Shown one piece after another: positions 1 to 11,142 of a DNA stretch of 46,135 nt. The translations under genes and the position numbers were made by a program. This DNA is from Klebsormidium nitens (Eukaryota > Plantae > Klebsormidiophyceae), in contig DF237173.1 in NCBI GenBank assembly GCA_000708835.1, forward strand, positions 90,855-136,989, read 5' to 3'. The notes under the pieces were generated by a model. It was not told the DNA's origin. It worked only from the letters and a program-made list of their open reading frames with translations, and made no database searches. Every line of letters begins with the position of its first letter. The stretch's first letter is position 1.

Positions 1-157
1 AGTGGAAAGAAGCAACTCTAACGTAGGAGCAGGTAGGATTTCGGAGAGCGCTGTCGTGTCAGCAACGTCAGCCGCCAGGAGCTAGAGACGTGATTGTTTT
101 GTTGCCCCGACTAGCAAAGTGCTGCAAGTGCTTTCTTGGGACTGACTGCTGCACACA

Positions 158-2683
158 ATGGATATTCATGAAGAGCGTGCAGAATCCTCCGGTGCTGGGC
201 CTTCCCACAGGGCAGCCGGCGTTGCATATGACGTCTTCATCAGCCATTGTGGGGCTGACTGCAAGCGTGACTTTGCTGTCCAGCTCAAGAACGAGCTGGA
301 GCGGGCGGGGTTATGCTGCTTCCTGGATGACAGGGACCTGCGGTTGGAAGACGATGCAGCAAAAACAATCTGCGCAGCAATGGAAACAACAAAGTTCGGG
401 GTGGTTTTGGTCACAGAGGGGTTCTTCAAGCGGGAGTGGCGTATCAAGGAACTGGAGACGTTCTTGAGGAGGGGAAACTGCACACCAGTGTTCCTGGAGA
501 GGTCTATGGAGAGGCAGGGGGAGATTGTGGAAGAATGCAGATCCAGCAGGGTCTGGGAGGGGTTTGGGAGATTCTTGTGGTCAGAGGAAGAGTACTTGGG
601 TTTGGTGAAGGGGGTGTTTGGCTTTGTGGGCCTGAGGCTAGATGCATCGGACGGCTTTTGGGACACCTGCTTTGCCAAGCTCAAGCAAGAGCTGCTTCTC
701 CAGTTGGGGAGAATCGAGGGGCCACCAATGCTGCCAGAACCATCGCTCCTAGTCGGGATGGAGGAGCATGTTGAGGCAGTCAAGGTCCTGATGGGATTCA
801 GGACAACGCCGCAAAGTGGGGAGGGAGGGAGCGCTCAAGAGGTGGGGATCGTTGGCGTGAAGGGCATGGGCGGAGTTGGGAAGACAACGCTGGCAAAGCT
901 TGTGTACAACGACAAAGAAGTGAGGGCTTTCTTTGGGAAGAGGGTGTGCTGGTTAGAAGTCAATCAGAAGCCAAGCCAAGAAAAGGTTTGCAAGCTTCAG
1001 GAGCAGATATTGCAGGCTTTGGGGGACGCAGGATCAGTTTCAAGAATAGCCGATCCTACGGTGGGCAGGGCAGAGATCAGGAAGGCCTTGCAGAGTGGCG
1101 CACCTGTTCTGATCTGCTTGGACAACGTGTGGGTGGACGGACACACCCCGGTTGTCTTTAAAGAGGACCTAAGCCCGGGTAGCTGTATTCTGAAAACCAC
1201 AAGGGATGCCAACACCATAGCGCCTGGGGGCCAAAAACATGACTTGGACGTCCTGAGCCCTGAAGACGCAGAGCGTCTCTTCCGTGCGACAGCATTGCGG
1301 GGCCAGGAGCCGTCTGCTGAGGTCGAGGCTCTGATAGGCCGAACCCTGCCCTTCTGCGCCGGCTTGCCTTTGGCCCTTGAAGTTGTGGGCGCATCAGTGG
1401 CGAGACTGTTAACAAAAGAAGATGGTATCTCACTATGGGAGACTCTCTTGGCTGCCATGAGCGGGGCAAGTGTGGGCGTAGTGCAAAGTGGGGCCACAAT
1501 TATGAACGCTCTTAGAACCAGCTACAATATACTGCCAGATCAAGAGCACAAGGACGCGTTCCTTTTCGTCGCTGGGCTGTTGCTTGGCAGTAAAACCCAC
1601 TTGTACGGGCTCCCAAGCCGTACATTATATGATCTAGTTGTTTCACAGCTAGCTTTGAAGGTATTCTGCCAGAGGGAACGTGACCGCTCACTGTCTATGG
1701 CAGCACTGGTCTTGAGGGAACTGGTAGACCGGTCACTGGTGAAGCACATTACGCCGGAATCTCAAGCTTACTCGTTTGGCGTTGCTCAAGTAACTGTCCA
1801 TGATCTCCTTATAGATGTCGCAGTTGGAGTCGTAGATACCGAAGACACCAGATTCTGCAGGTGGGTAGAGTCAACCGAGCCTTTCTCGGAGGCGGCTTGG
1901 AAGCAGGGGTGGGAGCATGTGGTGGTTTGCGATTCTCCACCATTCCAACTTCCTACCAGCTTCTTTGACAGCAACCGGGTCCTGTCCTTCCGCATTGAGA
2001 ACTGCTCCTTTCAATTTTCGCAGCCATGGTTGTTTTCATTCAGCAGCAGGCGCAGTGAAGTGGTCAACGAGTGTAGACAGCTCGAGCTCCTGGGTTGCGA
2101 GAAGCTGCAGGGCTTGCCCGACTCAATCAAAACGTTCACCAAGCTCATGAGCTTGACTTTGGACTTTTGCCCAGAGCTTCGGAGTTTGCCGAGGTCCTTT
2201 GGACAGCTACGTAGTCTGACAGAAATCTCCATATCCCATTGCCCTCAACTACAGTGCTTGCCGAATTCACTTGGGCAGCTTAGGGCTCTTGAAGCCCTGA
2301 CTTTGGACTCCTGTCGTGGTCTGCAAACTCTGCCACAGTCCATTGGGCAGTTGGAGGGCCTGCAAATCTTGGTGGTGACGCATGCGGCAATCAGGGTGCT
2401 ACCAGAGTCGTTTGGCCAACTGGTTGGGCTTGGATGGCTGGACTTAGCAGATTGCAACGACCTTCGGTGGCTGCCAGAGTCTATTGGACAACTTACTAGT
2501 CTCAAGATGGTGGATTTAGAGAATTGCAAGGCCTTACAAAGCCTACCAGCTTCCCTTAGTGAGTTGACGGGCCTTGAAACCCTGGATTTAACAGGTTGTG
2601 AAAGCTTGGCGGGGTGTGAGAATCTGAAATGTATAGTAGAATCCCTTGATGAGGGCACGGTGGTTGGGCACAAAGGATTGTAA
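158..2683 (+). CDS. Intronless TIR-NB-ARC-LRR (TNL-like NLR) protein, 841 aa
   Basis: One uninterrupted ORF. TIR start YDVFISHCGADCKRDF..FLDD and EWRIKEL (Glu at 449-451). P-loop GMGGVGKTT (863-889), kinase-2 LICLDNVW (1109-1132), RNBS-B ILKTTRD, GLPL motif CAGLPLAL (1361-1372), MHD-like VHD (1796-1804). The C-terminus has repeated LxxLPxS(I/F/L)GxLxxLxxLxL LRR units. Confidence 0.95.
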   Translation: MDIHEERAESSGAGPSHRAAGVAYDVFISHCGADCKRDFAVQLKNELERAGLCCFLDDRDLRLEDDAAKTICAAMETTKFGVVLVTEGFFKREWRIKELETFLRRGNCTPVFLERSMERQGEIVEECRSSRVWEGFGRFLWSEEEYLGLVKGVFGFVGLRLDASDGFWDTCFAKLKQELLLQLGRIEGPPMLPEPSLLVGMEEHVEAVKVLMGFRTTPQSGEGGSAQEVGIVGVKGMGGVGKTTLAKLVYNDKEVRAFFGKRVCWLEVNQKPSQEKVCKLQEQILQALGDAGSVSRIADPTVGRAEIRKALQSGAPVLICLDNVWVDGHTPVVFKEDLSPGSCILKTTRDANTIAPGGQKHDLDVLSPEDAERLFRATALRGQEPSAEVEALIGRTLPFCAGLPLALEVVGASVARLLTKEDGISLWETLLAAMSGASVGVVQSGATIMNALRTSYNILPDQEHKDAFLFVAGLLLGSKTHLYGLPSRTLYDLVVSQLALKVFCQRERDRSLSMAALVLRELVDRSLVKHITPESQAYSFGVAQVTVHDLLIDVAVGVVDTEDTRFCRWVESTEPFSEAAWKQGWEHVVVCDSPPFQLPTSFFDSNRVLSFRIENCSFQFSQPWLFSFSSRRSEVVNECRQLELLGCEKLQGLPDSIKTFTKLMSLTLDFCPELRSLPRSFGQLRSLTEISISHCPQLQCLPNSLGQLRALEALTLDSCRGLQTLPQSIGQLEGLQILVVTHAAIRVLPESFGQLVGLGWLDLADCNDLRWLPESIGQLTSLKMVDLENCKALQSLPASLSELTGLETLDLTGCESLAGCENLKCIVESLDEGTVVGHKGL

Positions 2684-5600
2684 GCACTTTGTCAAGCCGG
2701 GGGTGCAGGATACCAGCCCGCTTCAAATGTAAGTGCCACAAGCCACAACAATGAATGCACTTCTGTGAAAACCCAGTAGTCCAGATCCTACGACCGCTGC
2801 ACTGCTTTTGCTCTTAGTTTGCGCTTTTCCAGTCCTCTTGACTTTGCTGCTTCATAGTATCTCCCTTTTCATGCCACTTCTTGAGTTCTGCCCAGGCCTA
2901 TGCCGTCTGTCCTGCTTGGAAGCTTACCTTGTCCTGTGAGCTTCACTCGGTTTCAAGCATCGTCACAGGGTTCGTCCTTTCGTTTTTCCGTGAACTCCTG
3001 CGGCCACGTTGTACAGGTCGTTCAGGCTACAGCAATGGCCCGCACATTCAAACGTCCCTCTAGCACCTGATCCTACGCCCGATGCTTCCTGTTGGCATGC
3101 AATGCTGCGCGCGACTCTTCAGGCAGGTACGTGCACGTACTGAGAGCTGAACTCGTCCAATGCTGCAACTGGGCTTGCCTGCCTTCTTCGCGTGGGTCTC
3201 TGGATTGATCTTGATTATCATGCAATCCATGGGAAGAATCTTGCAGCGTACAATCGTGTGCTTCGTGGTTGTCTCTGAAAGAGGCAGCTTTTGGGATATG
3301 GGTCGAGCTGTTCCTTCTTGCGGAGTCGGCACCCAATGCAACACTGTCAGAACGTTCAAGATAAGGAAGGAAAGACATACCTAACTAAGCGTTTTGGGCA
3401 AAATCAAGCATGCTCAATGGTGGCAACTGCTCAGTACTGAAGTCAAGTCCCTTTTTGGTGTTCTGATGCAGGTGATGTGCTAAGGCGATTCCAGGAGTGT
3501 TAAAAACGAACAACTTGTGGTGGGGTCTTTTGGCTTTCGTCGACGTTCTGAAACTCGGGGCGAGGTGAGCCATGGATCTATACTTGCTCGTCTGCTTCTT
3601 TCCACTTTCTGATAAGTTGCGAGGAGTCGCCCAGAAGAGGACAGGATTAGCAGTGCTGTTTCACAGGAGCCTTCGTGAAATTGCTAAGCACATTATCAAC
3701 TGAGGGGAACTCTAAAGCCCAGAGTCCAAGTGGAAAATCAGTGCCCCGGATATGACAAAGCTCTTATCACAGAAGCCTGCTCTATATTGGTTGCAGGCCC
3801 TCAAGAGCGGCGCTTTCGAGTGTGCACTGAATCTGTTGGAAGGACGGAAGCTTCATGGATGCAAGCCTTTGTACCTTCTAATCGCAATTGAGCCGAAATA
3901 CAAAGTCCAGTGTTGCGAGAACGGATCTGCAGTGTGCTTAGGCTGATTTTTTAGACCTGCGTTCCTTTGGTCGATCCTCCTAGCTGCGTGTTCCTCCGAA
4001 TGCATTTTAGCCTCCTCCGTATGCAGGAGCCTCGTCGTCGGGAGTGTCGGTCCTTCTGACGAAAGCGCCGCCGCTGACTAGGACATGATCGGGCCAACAA
4101 ACCAGCCAGGGCTGTCTCACGTGAGTACTTCTGAAGGCACTGCGTGACAGCGGCGCAAGGAGACCTAATGGCGATCAAAAGTACAGGCCTTGGTATGAGA
4201 AAGCGTTATGTTGCCTAATTGATGGACACTGTCGGCGGCTCGACGTTGGTTGCACCACATGCTTCTGAATGGCAGTCATCGCACGAGATCGGGTCGAAGA
4301 TTGTGAAGGGCCCATGCTTGTCGACTTCTTGTTTCTTCGATGTTTACAAACGCCTGCTCTCGAAGTATCAAGCACACGACGTACTGGCCCACGTAAATAG
4401 CAAATCCAATCAGCTTTGTTCTTTTGTGCTCTCAAAACTAAGACCTGGTATCTCTCCTGCAGGCGTCAGACTAGCCCATTCCCTAGCAGCCTGCGGTCTC
4501 TGCCCACGCTGCAGCCACGACCCGGATTGAGTTCCTCGGGGGTTCGTTCCCCGAGCGTACCGGTCGGCGCTCGTTTGCTTCGTCGTTCCGGGGAGCTGAG
4601 GTATGCGCACATCTCAGCTTACTCATACACTTAATGCAACATACGTAATTGTTGGAAAGGGAAGATATGTTTGAAAAGGTCAAGTCGACCCGTTGAAGAG
4701 GGCTACCTACCGTGACTCTTCCTTGACAAGTGACCGTCGAGCCCGTCCCGGCTCTGCCTTGTTGATAACCTGTGCAATCAACATGGTGGCATTCAAATAT
4801 CTCTTCCCGCCGCTCCTTGTCCGTTTTACATGACAGGCCTTAGCACCAATTGTTGGCCTCAAGAAATGTCACTCCTTCAGAAAACCTTGACGACCCTTCT
4901 ACTAGTTGAGTGTTCAAAGCTTCTCAATAGCTCAACAGATGTTGGCTGTTCGATGCAGATTGATGTGTCAGGCTGGTTGTACGCGCCACGACTCCTCTTC
5001 CGAGGGGCCAGTATGGATCAGAACTGTGACATGGCGGGGAGCCGTTCTTGTTGAGCGACCTAGTAAGTCGGAAACCGAGCCTTCTCTGCGCAGTTCTCTC
5101 TCTGTTTATTTTCTGACGGGCGATAAAGAGTCCGTTTAAAAGGTCTGCTTGGTTGACTACGCTTGCAAATGATGGTATCTTCCCAAAAGATAGTCTGCTG
5201 GCTGAAGATGTGCGGAGTCTGAAAGGATGCGCGACTCGGGTGAGGCCTTGGTCTGAAGGCCTCCCGTTTCTTCATTCGTCTTAGTAGAAAGCAAAGCAGT
5301 CTTGAGAACGGCAGAAACGGGGTAACGCAGTCATTCTCCTTGGAACGTTTTCGAACGTTATTTGTGTCTGCCCTCGTAATATCCAGTAGCGGGCGTTCTA
5401 TTTAATAACCGTGGGTTGACACCGGTTCCTAGTCAGCTCACATCAGATCAACGATGCACTTCCGTCTACGTCCGGTCGAGAAGCAGAGACGGCCTCAACG
5501 AACACAGGACAGAAAGTCGGCCAGTCTTCTTGGTCGACATTTTTTCATCTATTCAAAGCCCAAGCCTCTCCATTGAGGCACTCGTGATGGCCCGTCAAAA

Positions 5601-5959
5601 CCCAAAGATTTTTGAATCTGAATAACTGCCTTTCGTTTCGCATTGCCTAAGAATGGTGGGTTTCTTTCTCCAACAGGCGCGGCCCGGCGACCACGCCACC
5701 CGCTGCCTCACTTCCAAGCGACGGCTGCGTGGCGGCTTCTGGAGGCGGCTTTAGCGACCAGCCGAGCTGCAAGTCGGCTGCCGACCGGAGTCTGCCTCGG
5801 GCGTCGCCGTGCCTCGCGGCGTGATCAATCAGGTCAGCCTTTCTGCACCCAACCTTTGTTACCGAAGTCTCTCTTCAAACATGGAATCCGTCAAGTTTTG
5901 CTCCAGCAAATCAAAATGTATAGATTGCTAAGCAAGATTCCGCAATCAACCATGCGGTT

Positions 5960-7400
5960 TGTCAGTTCTCGACTTGCGGAACATTGCACATCTGTTTCAT
6001 ATTCTTGGGAGTGTGTCTTCAAAGCTCGGAGCTAGCAACAGGCTTGCTTCCAGAGTTCGAGAGCCCTGATTACTGAGTGAATCATGTTCCCGTACCGGTA
6101 AAAGGGTCGGTGTGCCATGAGATCAGCATTTTTGATATGTGCAGGTGCATCGCAGCGAAGCGGTTCCCCATCGAGAGACGGACCGGGACGGATAAGACTG
6201 GTCTGGTAGAGATCAGCGCCCTCGGTGCCGGTGACGAGTTGGGCACCCTTGGCTACGTCCGCGCGTGAGTCACAGCGCTCGAGAAAAACCCTTTCTTTCC
6301 TTACAAGGTGAGCAGAGGCTACTTTGCTTCCGTCTCGCGAAGTACTTCGGATGGAGTGTTCTCTTTGATTCACAAGCCGTTTTGCAGTCTGGTGAATCTC
6401 AGTTCTGCACCAGACTGCTTCTGTGGGTGAATCTCAATCCTGCACCAGACTGCTTCCGGGGGCAATCCTGGAAGAAGTGATGTGTCCTCAGCCAGCTAGA
6501 AGTATGTTCTTGACGAACAGGAAGTGGTTTTCGTGACAGGCCAGTGCTTCTGACCGGTGCATAAGCAGACAGTTTCCGATTGTACGTCGTGCCTCATTAA
6601 GAAGACGAAAGAAAGGACGGAAGAAAGAATATTTTTCCATCCTGTTGCTTTCCTGTCGCCTTCCTGTCGCTTTCCTGAGGAAGCGACTGCTGCCTTCGAG
6701 AAGAGATTCGTCAATCTAGCTTTCTTGTGAAAAAGGGATGCGTTTCCTGATGAGGGACCGTTTTCCAACACGTAGGCGGTCATTTGTCGAATCGGTTTGG
6801 CTTCGAAAATGAACCAGTGTGCTCAGCTGTCCTTCTCCCTTTATAACTTTAACCTCGGCAGAATCGAAGAGCCTCGATTGGTAAGAAAGATTCCTCGACC
6901 ACCCATGCAGGCGGTCAGATCGGCTTGATTTGCGGAACACGGCAAGTCTTTCTCAAATACTAGGGAGTATTGTTCAAAGGTCGCCGTAGCAATAGGGTTG
7001 CCTCCACAGTTGGAGAACCCTATGTACCGAGTGAAATATGTACCCGTGTCCCTAAAAGAGTCGGCTTTGGAATGAAACCATCGATCAGCATGTCTGATTC
7101 CGCTGCAGACGAATCCGCATCAAGAGACGGACTGGGACGGATAAGACTGGTCTAGGAGAGACCAGCGCCCTCGGTGCCGGTGATGAGGTGGGCACCCTTG
7201 GCCGCGACCGCGTGAGAGTAGAAGCGCTCGAGCGAACTCTTCCTTTCCTTACGAGGTGAGCAGAGGCTATTCTGCTTCAATTCTCGCGAGTGCTTCGGAA
7301 GCAGTGTGCATTGTGTTTCCTTTACGGGCCGTTTTTGCGGTCTGGAGACTGTAAATCAGGCATCAGACTACTTCGGTGGGCACTGCTGGGAGTCATTAAA
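5960..7400. repeat. Diverged ~450-500 bp direct duplication (about 5960-6460 vs 6910-7400)
   Basis: Shared blocks visible by eye: gggacggataagactggtct, cagcgccctcggtgccggtga, gggcacccttggc, aggtgagcagaggcta, ttgcggaaca. Offset is about 950 bp. Confidence 0.85.
6391..6460. repeat. 35-bp tandem repeat, 2 copies
   Basis: ggtgaatctca(g/a)t(t/c)ctgcaccagactgcttc occurs at 6391 and 6426. Confidence 0.85.
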
Positions 7401-7485
7401 CGCCTCATGAGCTAAATACTGTTCGCGATGATACAACAAGGTGGTATGAGCGACAGGCGTTGCTTTCGAATGATTGAGAATCAGG

Positions 7486-7570
7486 CAAAGTCCGTGTACG
7501 TTTTGTGCATCAGGGAGGAAAAAGACAAAGTCCGTGTACGTTTTGTGCATCAGGGAGGAAAAAGACAAAG
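7486..7570. repeat. Perfect 40-bp tandem duplication
   Basis: caaagtccgtgtacgttttgtgcatcagggaggaaaaaga occurs at 7486-7525 and 7526-7565, followed by caaag. Confidence 0.95.
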
Positions 7571-10500
7571 AGAGGACGGGAAAAGCATTCGCTAGACTCA
7601 CTTCGGACCATTTGCGCAAGCGAGTGATCTCTTCAGGGTATGACCAGCTTGCTGACGTCGGTCATAGGGCGATGCTTCACAGCGGTTGCTGGTCCATCAC
7701 TCTCTAGTTTGTTCTGTGTGCACCTATCAATAAGATCAAGCATTATCGTTTCGATGTCGTGCAGATTGGCCGTGCACGCCGCGCCTCCCTGTCCGGGGGC
7801 CCACTTCGAAGCAGAAGGCGCCTGGCGTTTAATTTCTCGGTTTGGCAACCCTGTAAGTCGGACGCTCTTCCCTTCTCTTCTTTTCTTTCGTCAAGGAGAC
7901 TTAAGTCAGCAAAGGCAGATGATAAAATCTGTCCAAGATTACTCGCAGAGTACGGGAGGATTCAAAACCGTCTTGTGACTCGGTGATCGTGACATGAGGA
8001 ACTCTCTTTTCATTGAAATTTGAGGACGAAAACGAAGCAAAGTGACGCGGTCACAGGTTCCCATTCTTCATCGAGCGGAAGCTGCATTGGCGTGCGCCAA
8101 AGAGTCGTGTTTACGATCGTCCGGTCTTAACCGCTGTTCACTTTTCGAAACCGCTGGATGGTCATCCGTTCCAAGACCAGTTCTTGAACCCGCACGTAGT
8201 GCTCGCAGCAGAGTCGGTTGGAACAGCAACTCGAATCTATCCAGAATTTACGCAGGCCACAGACGGGATTTGCTGATAATAACGGTAGGATTTCAGGCCA
8301 CGGTTACTGCTCTCTCCTGAAAATTTTCGCAAATTCGTCGAAGTCACGACGCCTTCCAGGCTTCAAATCCGCAGTTCCTCAGTCGAAGCGCTTGTGGTTT
8401 CTTGTCAAGCTTTCATACTGGCTCCAACTTCGTTTCTCTCTTCAACAGGGCGACCCAGAAAGCCACGCCGCAGTTGCGGCTTCGCGCTGCTTGCCCTGCC
8501 GACCGATCGAGGTGGTGAACGGCTGCGATATCCACCACGGTCGCCAACCGCTCGGGGGCTTGCAGAACAGGTCAGCACTTTCAGACGCACTTATAATTTT
8601 CAGTCGGTCAATTGATTCGAAACTTGTCAGATTGTGGGGCCTCCGCTGAACGTTGACCTCCCTATCGGACGGCGCTTTTGCAGAAAATGAAAGCTTTCTA
8701 ACAGCTTCTGGTCGCTGGGTGCAGACAAAAGGCTGCCGCACAAGCTCCAACGACCTGATTTCGCCGCTTCACTTTTCATGATGCATACGCTCTCGTCCAA
8801 CCTGATTATCATGGTTCAGTGGTGGCGATCAACCGAGTTGGTCCGGCCGTCCATCATACTCTGTGCCTGATCAGCCAGTAATTGGCTAATTGGTCTCGAA
8901 AAGTTATGTGACCTTTGGTGGGGAGTCGAGGTGTCTTTAAAGGCCCAACCAACCGAGACTCGGAGGTCCGTCAATTCCGATCGGCGCTCTCCATTCAGAG
9001 AGAGGTTCGACTTTGACATTCATGCGCAAACCGGGGTTTATCTCTACAGGGCCATGCGGAACCTGCTCCCGCATTCTGGTGGTCTTTTTGCAACGGAAGA
9101 GCCGAAGAAGCCTCGGACTTGCTGCTCCCCAGGCGGCAAGTTACGGAGCCCCGCCCAGCAGCGGTCGCCGCCCGTTCTACACGGAGAGCGCACGATGCTG
9201 ACGTGCATCAGCTAAAGGTACGTTTCTTTGTTGAAGCTGCGTGTCGTCACATGGGCTACTCAGCAGCCAGGGTTGTTGCTGTCTAGTCACGGACTTGCAT
9301 ACACGCATTGTGGAGACTAGCCTTCGACAGAACTCTGCCGTGATGTTTCATAACCGTAAGCTGAATCAAGTCGAAGGACACCTCCTTTCACAGTTTCGGG
9401 GGCCCCGCTCAAAGTTGCCCGACCACCAACACTTTTCATCAGTATGGCAAGCACAACTATCGATTAACAATCGAGATCGGAACGGCGTGCCCGAGTCTGC
9501 TGAGTGACTGTAAGACGCGCTTGTGAGCTTCGCAGATCCACTCTCTACATTCTGGCCGCAAACTCGACGGCTTGTTCGTTCTTGGTGCAGGCGTCGCAAC
9601 GCCTCGGCTGGTTCCTCGAAACGCACGGCGGGAGATCACCCCTTGGGAGGCCTATGTACAGCCGTTCCGTCTGTCGGGCGGAACGGAAGGCGGCCGCCAG
9701 CTTTTACAGTTGCCACGGGTTCACGCCGTGGGGTTTGCCTCAGCTATTGTGGCGGAAAGATCTGGATTTGTATTTATGGCCGGCCGTGTTGGAAGAACGA
9801 ATAAGTGCTCTTTAGCAGCAGGAGTTGAGCAGCCTGGACGGAGGCGAAGCTCGGTGTTTGCAATGTAGGCTCGGGCGACTTGGCGCTCATTATCGAAAGT
9901 TGGATATAGAAGGAGGATAGTACTACTTTCCGCTTTGAAACGTAGTGATTTTCGGGTGGAGCTCAATTCCTAAACCCTGCTATTAAGCAGGTTGGAGAGT
10001 GTTTGCTTTTTGAAGCTCCCATGCACTCCACTCAAGTGCAACCTGCAATGCAAATCGTAAGGCCGGGCCGTCAAGCAGATCATGCACTCCTGGAGCGTAC
10101 TAAGCGTGTTACACATGCCTTATTCAATCTAGCGGTCTCTTCCACTTTGTGGCCAAGTCGTGCAAGCGCTCGTACACATGATACATGTAAGCTTGATTCT
10201 ATCGAGGCGGTCTCATTAATGCGAAGTCTCCCTTATACGCTATAAAGGTTGTCGTGGGAGGGTTTGCATGCTTCTTCTCAAGTTGATTTGATGAGTTGAT
10301 GATGGCTCGTGCACATGACCATGGGCTTCATTTGTCCAAGCTTAGGCTGCAAATGATCAAGCTCAGTGCAGCGCCTTTGTATCTTTGTCGGACGGTACAA
10401 GAGCTCTTGTAGTACTCGTACTATAACACGAAGCGATCGGACATTTCAAGTTGTTGCACCTATAGGCGCCGCCGCGCGGGCCCGGATCAGGATCTTAATT

Positions 10501-11142
10501 GCTTCACAAACATTGGGCTTATGTCCATATGCAGCTGATTACATATTTGAGGAAAAGGGACCAGTCTGGCGAATAATCAGTTGAGCTTAGACTAGCTCGG
10601 CCAAGTATGCATCCAATATATAAGCATAAGAGTTGCTCACTAATCGGATCGACTCAAAAAGCAGCATGCACTACCATAAAGCCCGTTTGAAGCTGGTGGC
10701 CTGCCCTGCACAAGCGCAAGGCTTCTGTCCTTATCTTCAATTGTGAAAGTCCAATTGCGGACCGTCAGCTGAAAAATTAGGTTTAGGTTGACAATCTGAT
10801 TGAGCTCGAACTAACTTCTGCTAAGTAAGTCCAGATGTTAAGCCTGCTTTTTGTTTGGAAGCAGGAGAATTGGCGGCAAAGTTGTTTGTGGCGTGTTCGA
10901 CATCGTCGGGCTTCCTGACTGCGAAAAGGATCCACCGCCGTTGACACAGAGAGACAATGATGCAAATATTCAAGAAGTTGACTGCTAAGCAGGCTGACTC
11001 TCTGACTTGAGTCTTCGTTTGTTGGACAAGTAACCGGGCTTTGACCTTGCCTCAAGGCTGGTTCAATACCGCCCAAGTCTGGTAATACTAGACATATGAC
11101 CACTTTCTAACCAGCCCAGAACTGGCCAAGAACCAGCCTTGG

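Larger units (their letters stand above)
4028..9870 (+). other. Internally duplicated, exon-like locus of unknown function (possible gene plus decayed tandem copy, or spliced ncRNA)
   Basis: GC-rich blocks bounded by pyrimidine-tract CAG acceptors and GT donors: about 4028-4120, 4463-4600, 4950-5062, 5677-5830, 6147-6308, 7109-7255, 7765-7852, 8449-8570, 9050-9217, 9583 onward. The chain 7109-7255 / 7765-7852 / 8449-8570 / 9050 onward splices in frame to a stop in the last block. The homologous upstream blocks carry stops in the same frame. No recognisable protein family. Confidence 0.3.

Noticed and set aside
90-783. ORFs 90-467 (+), 166-783 (-) and 436-774 (+)
   Set aside because: They are alternative-frame or antisense shadows of the NLR coding sequence with no motifs of their own.
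9969-9978. Telomere-like CCTAAACCCT
   Set aside because: A single unit, expected by chance.
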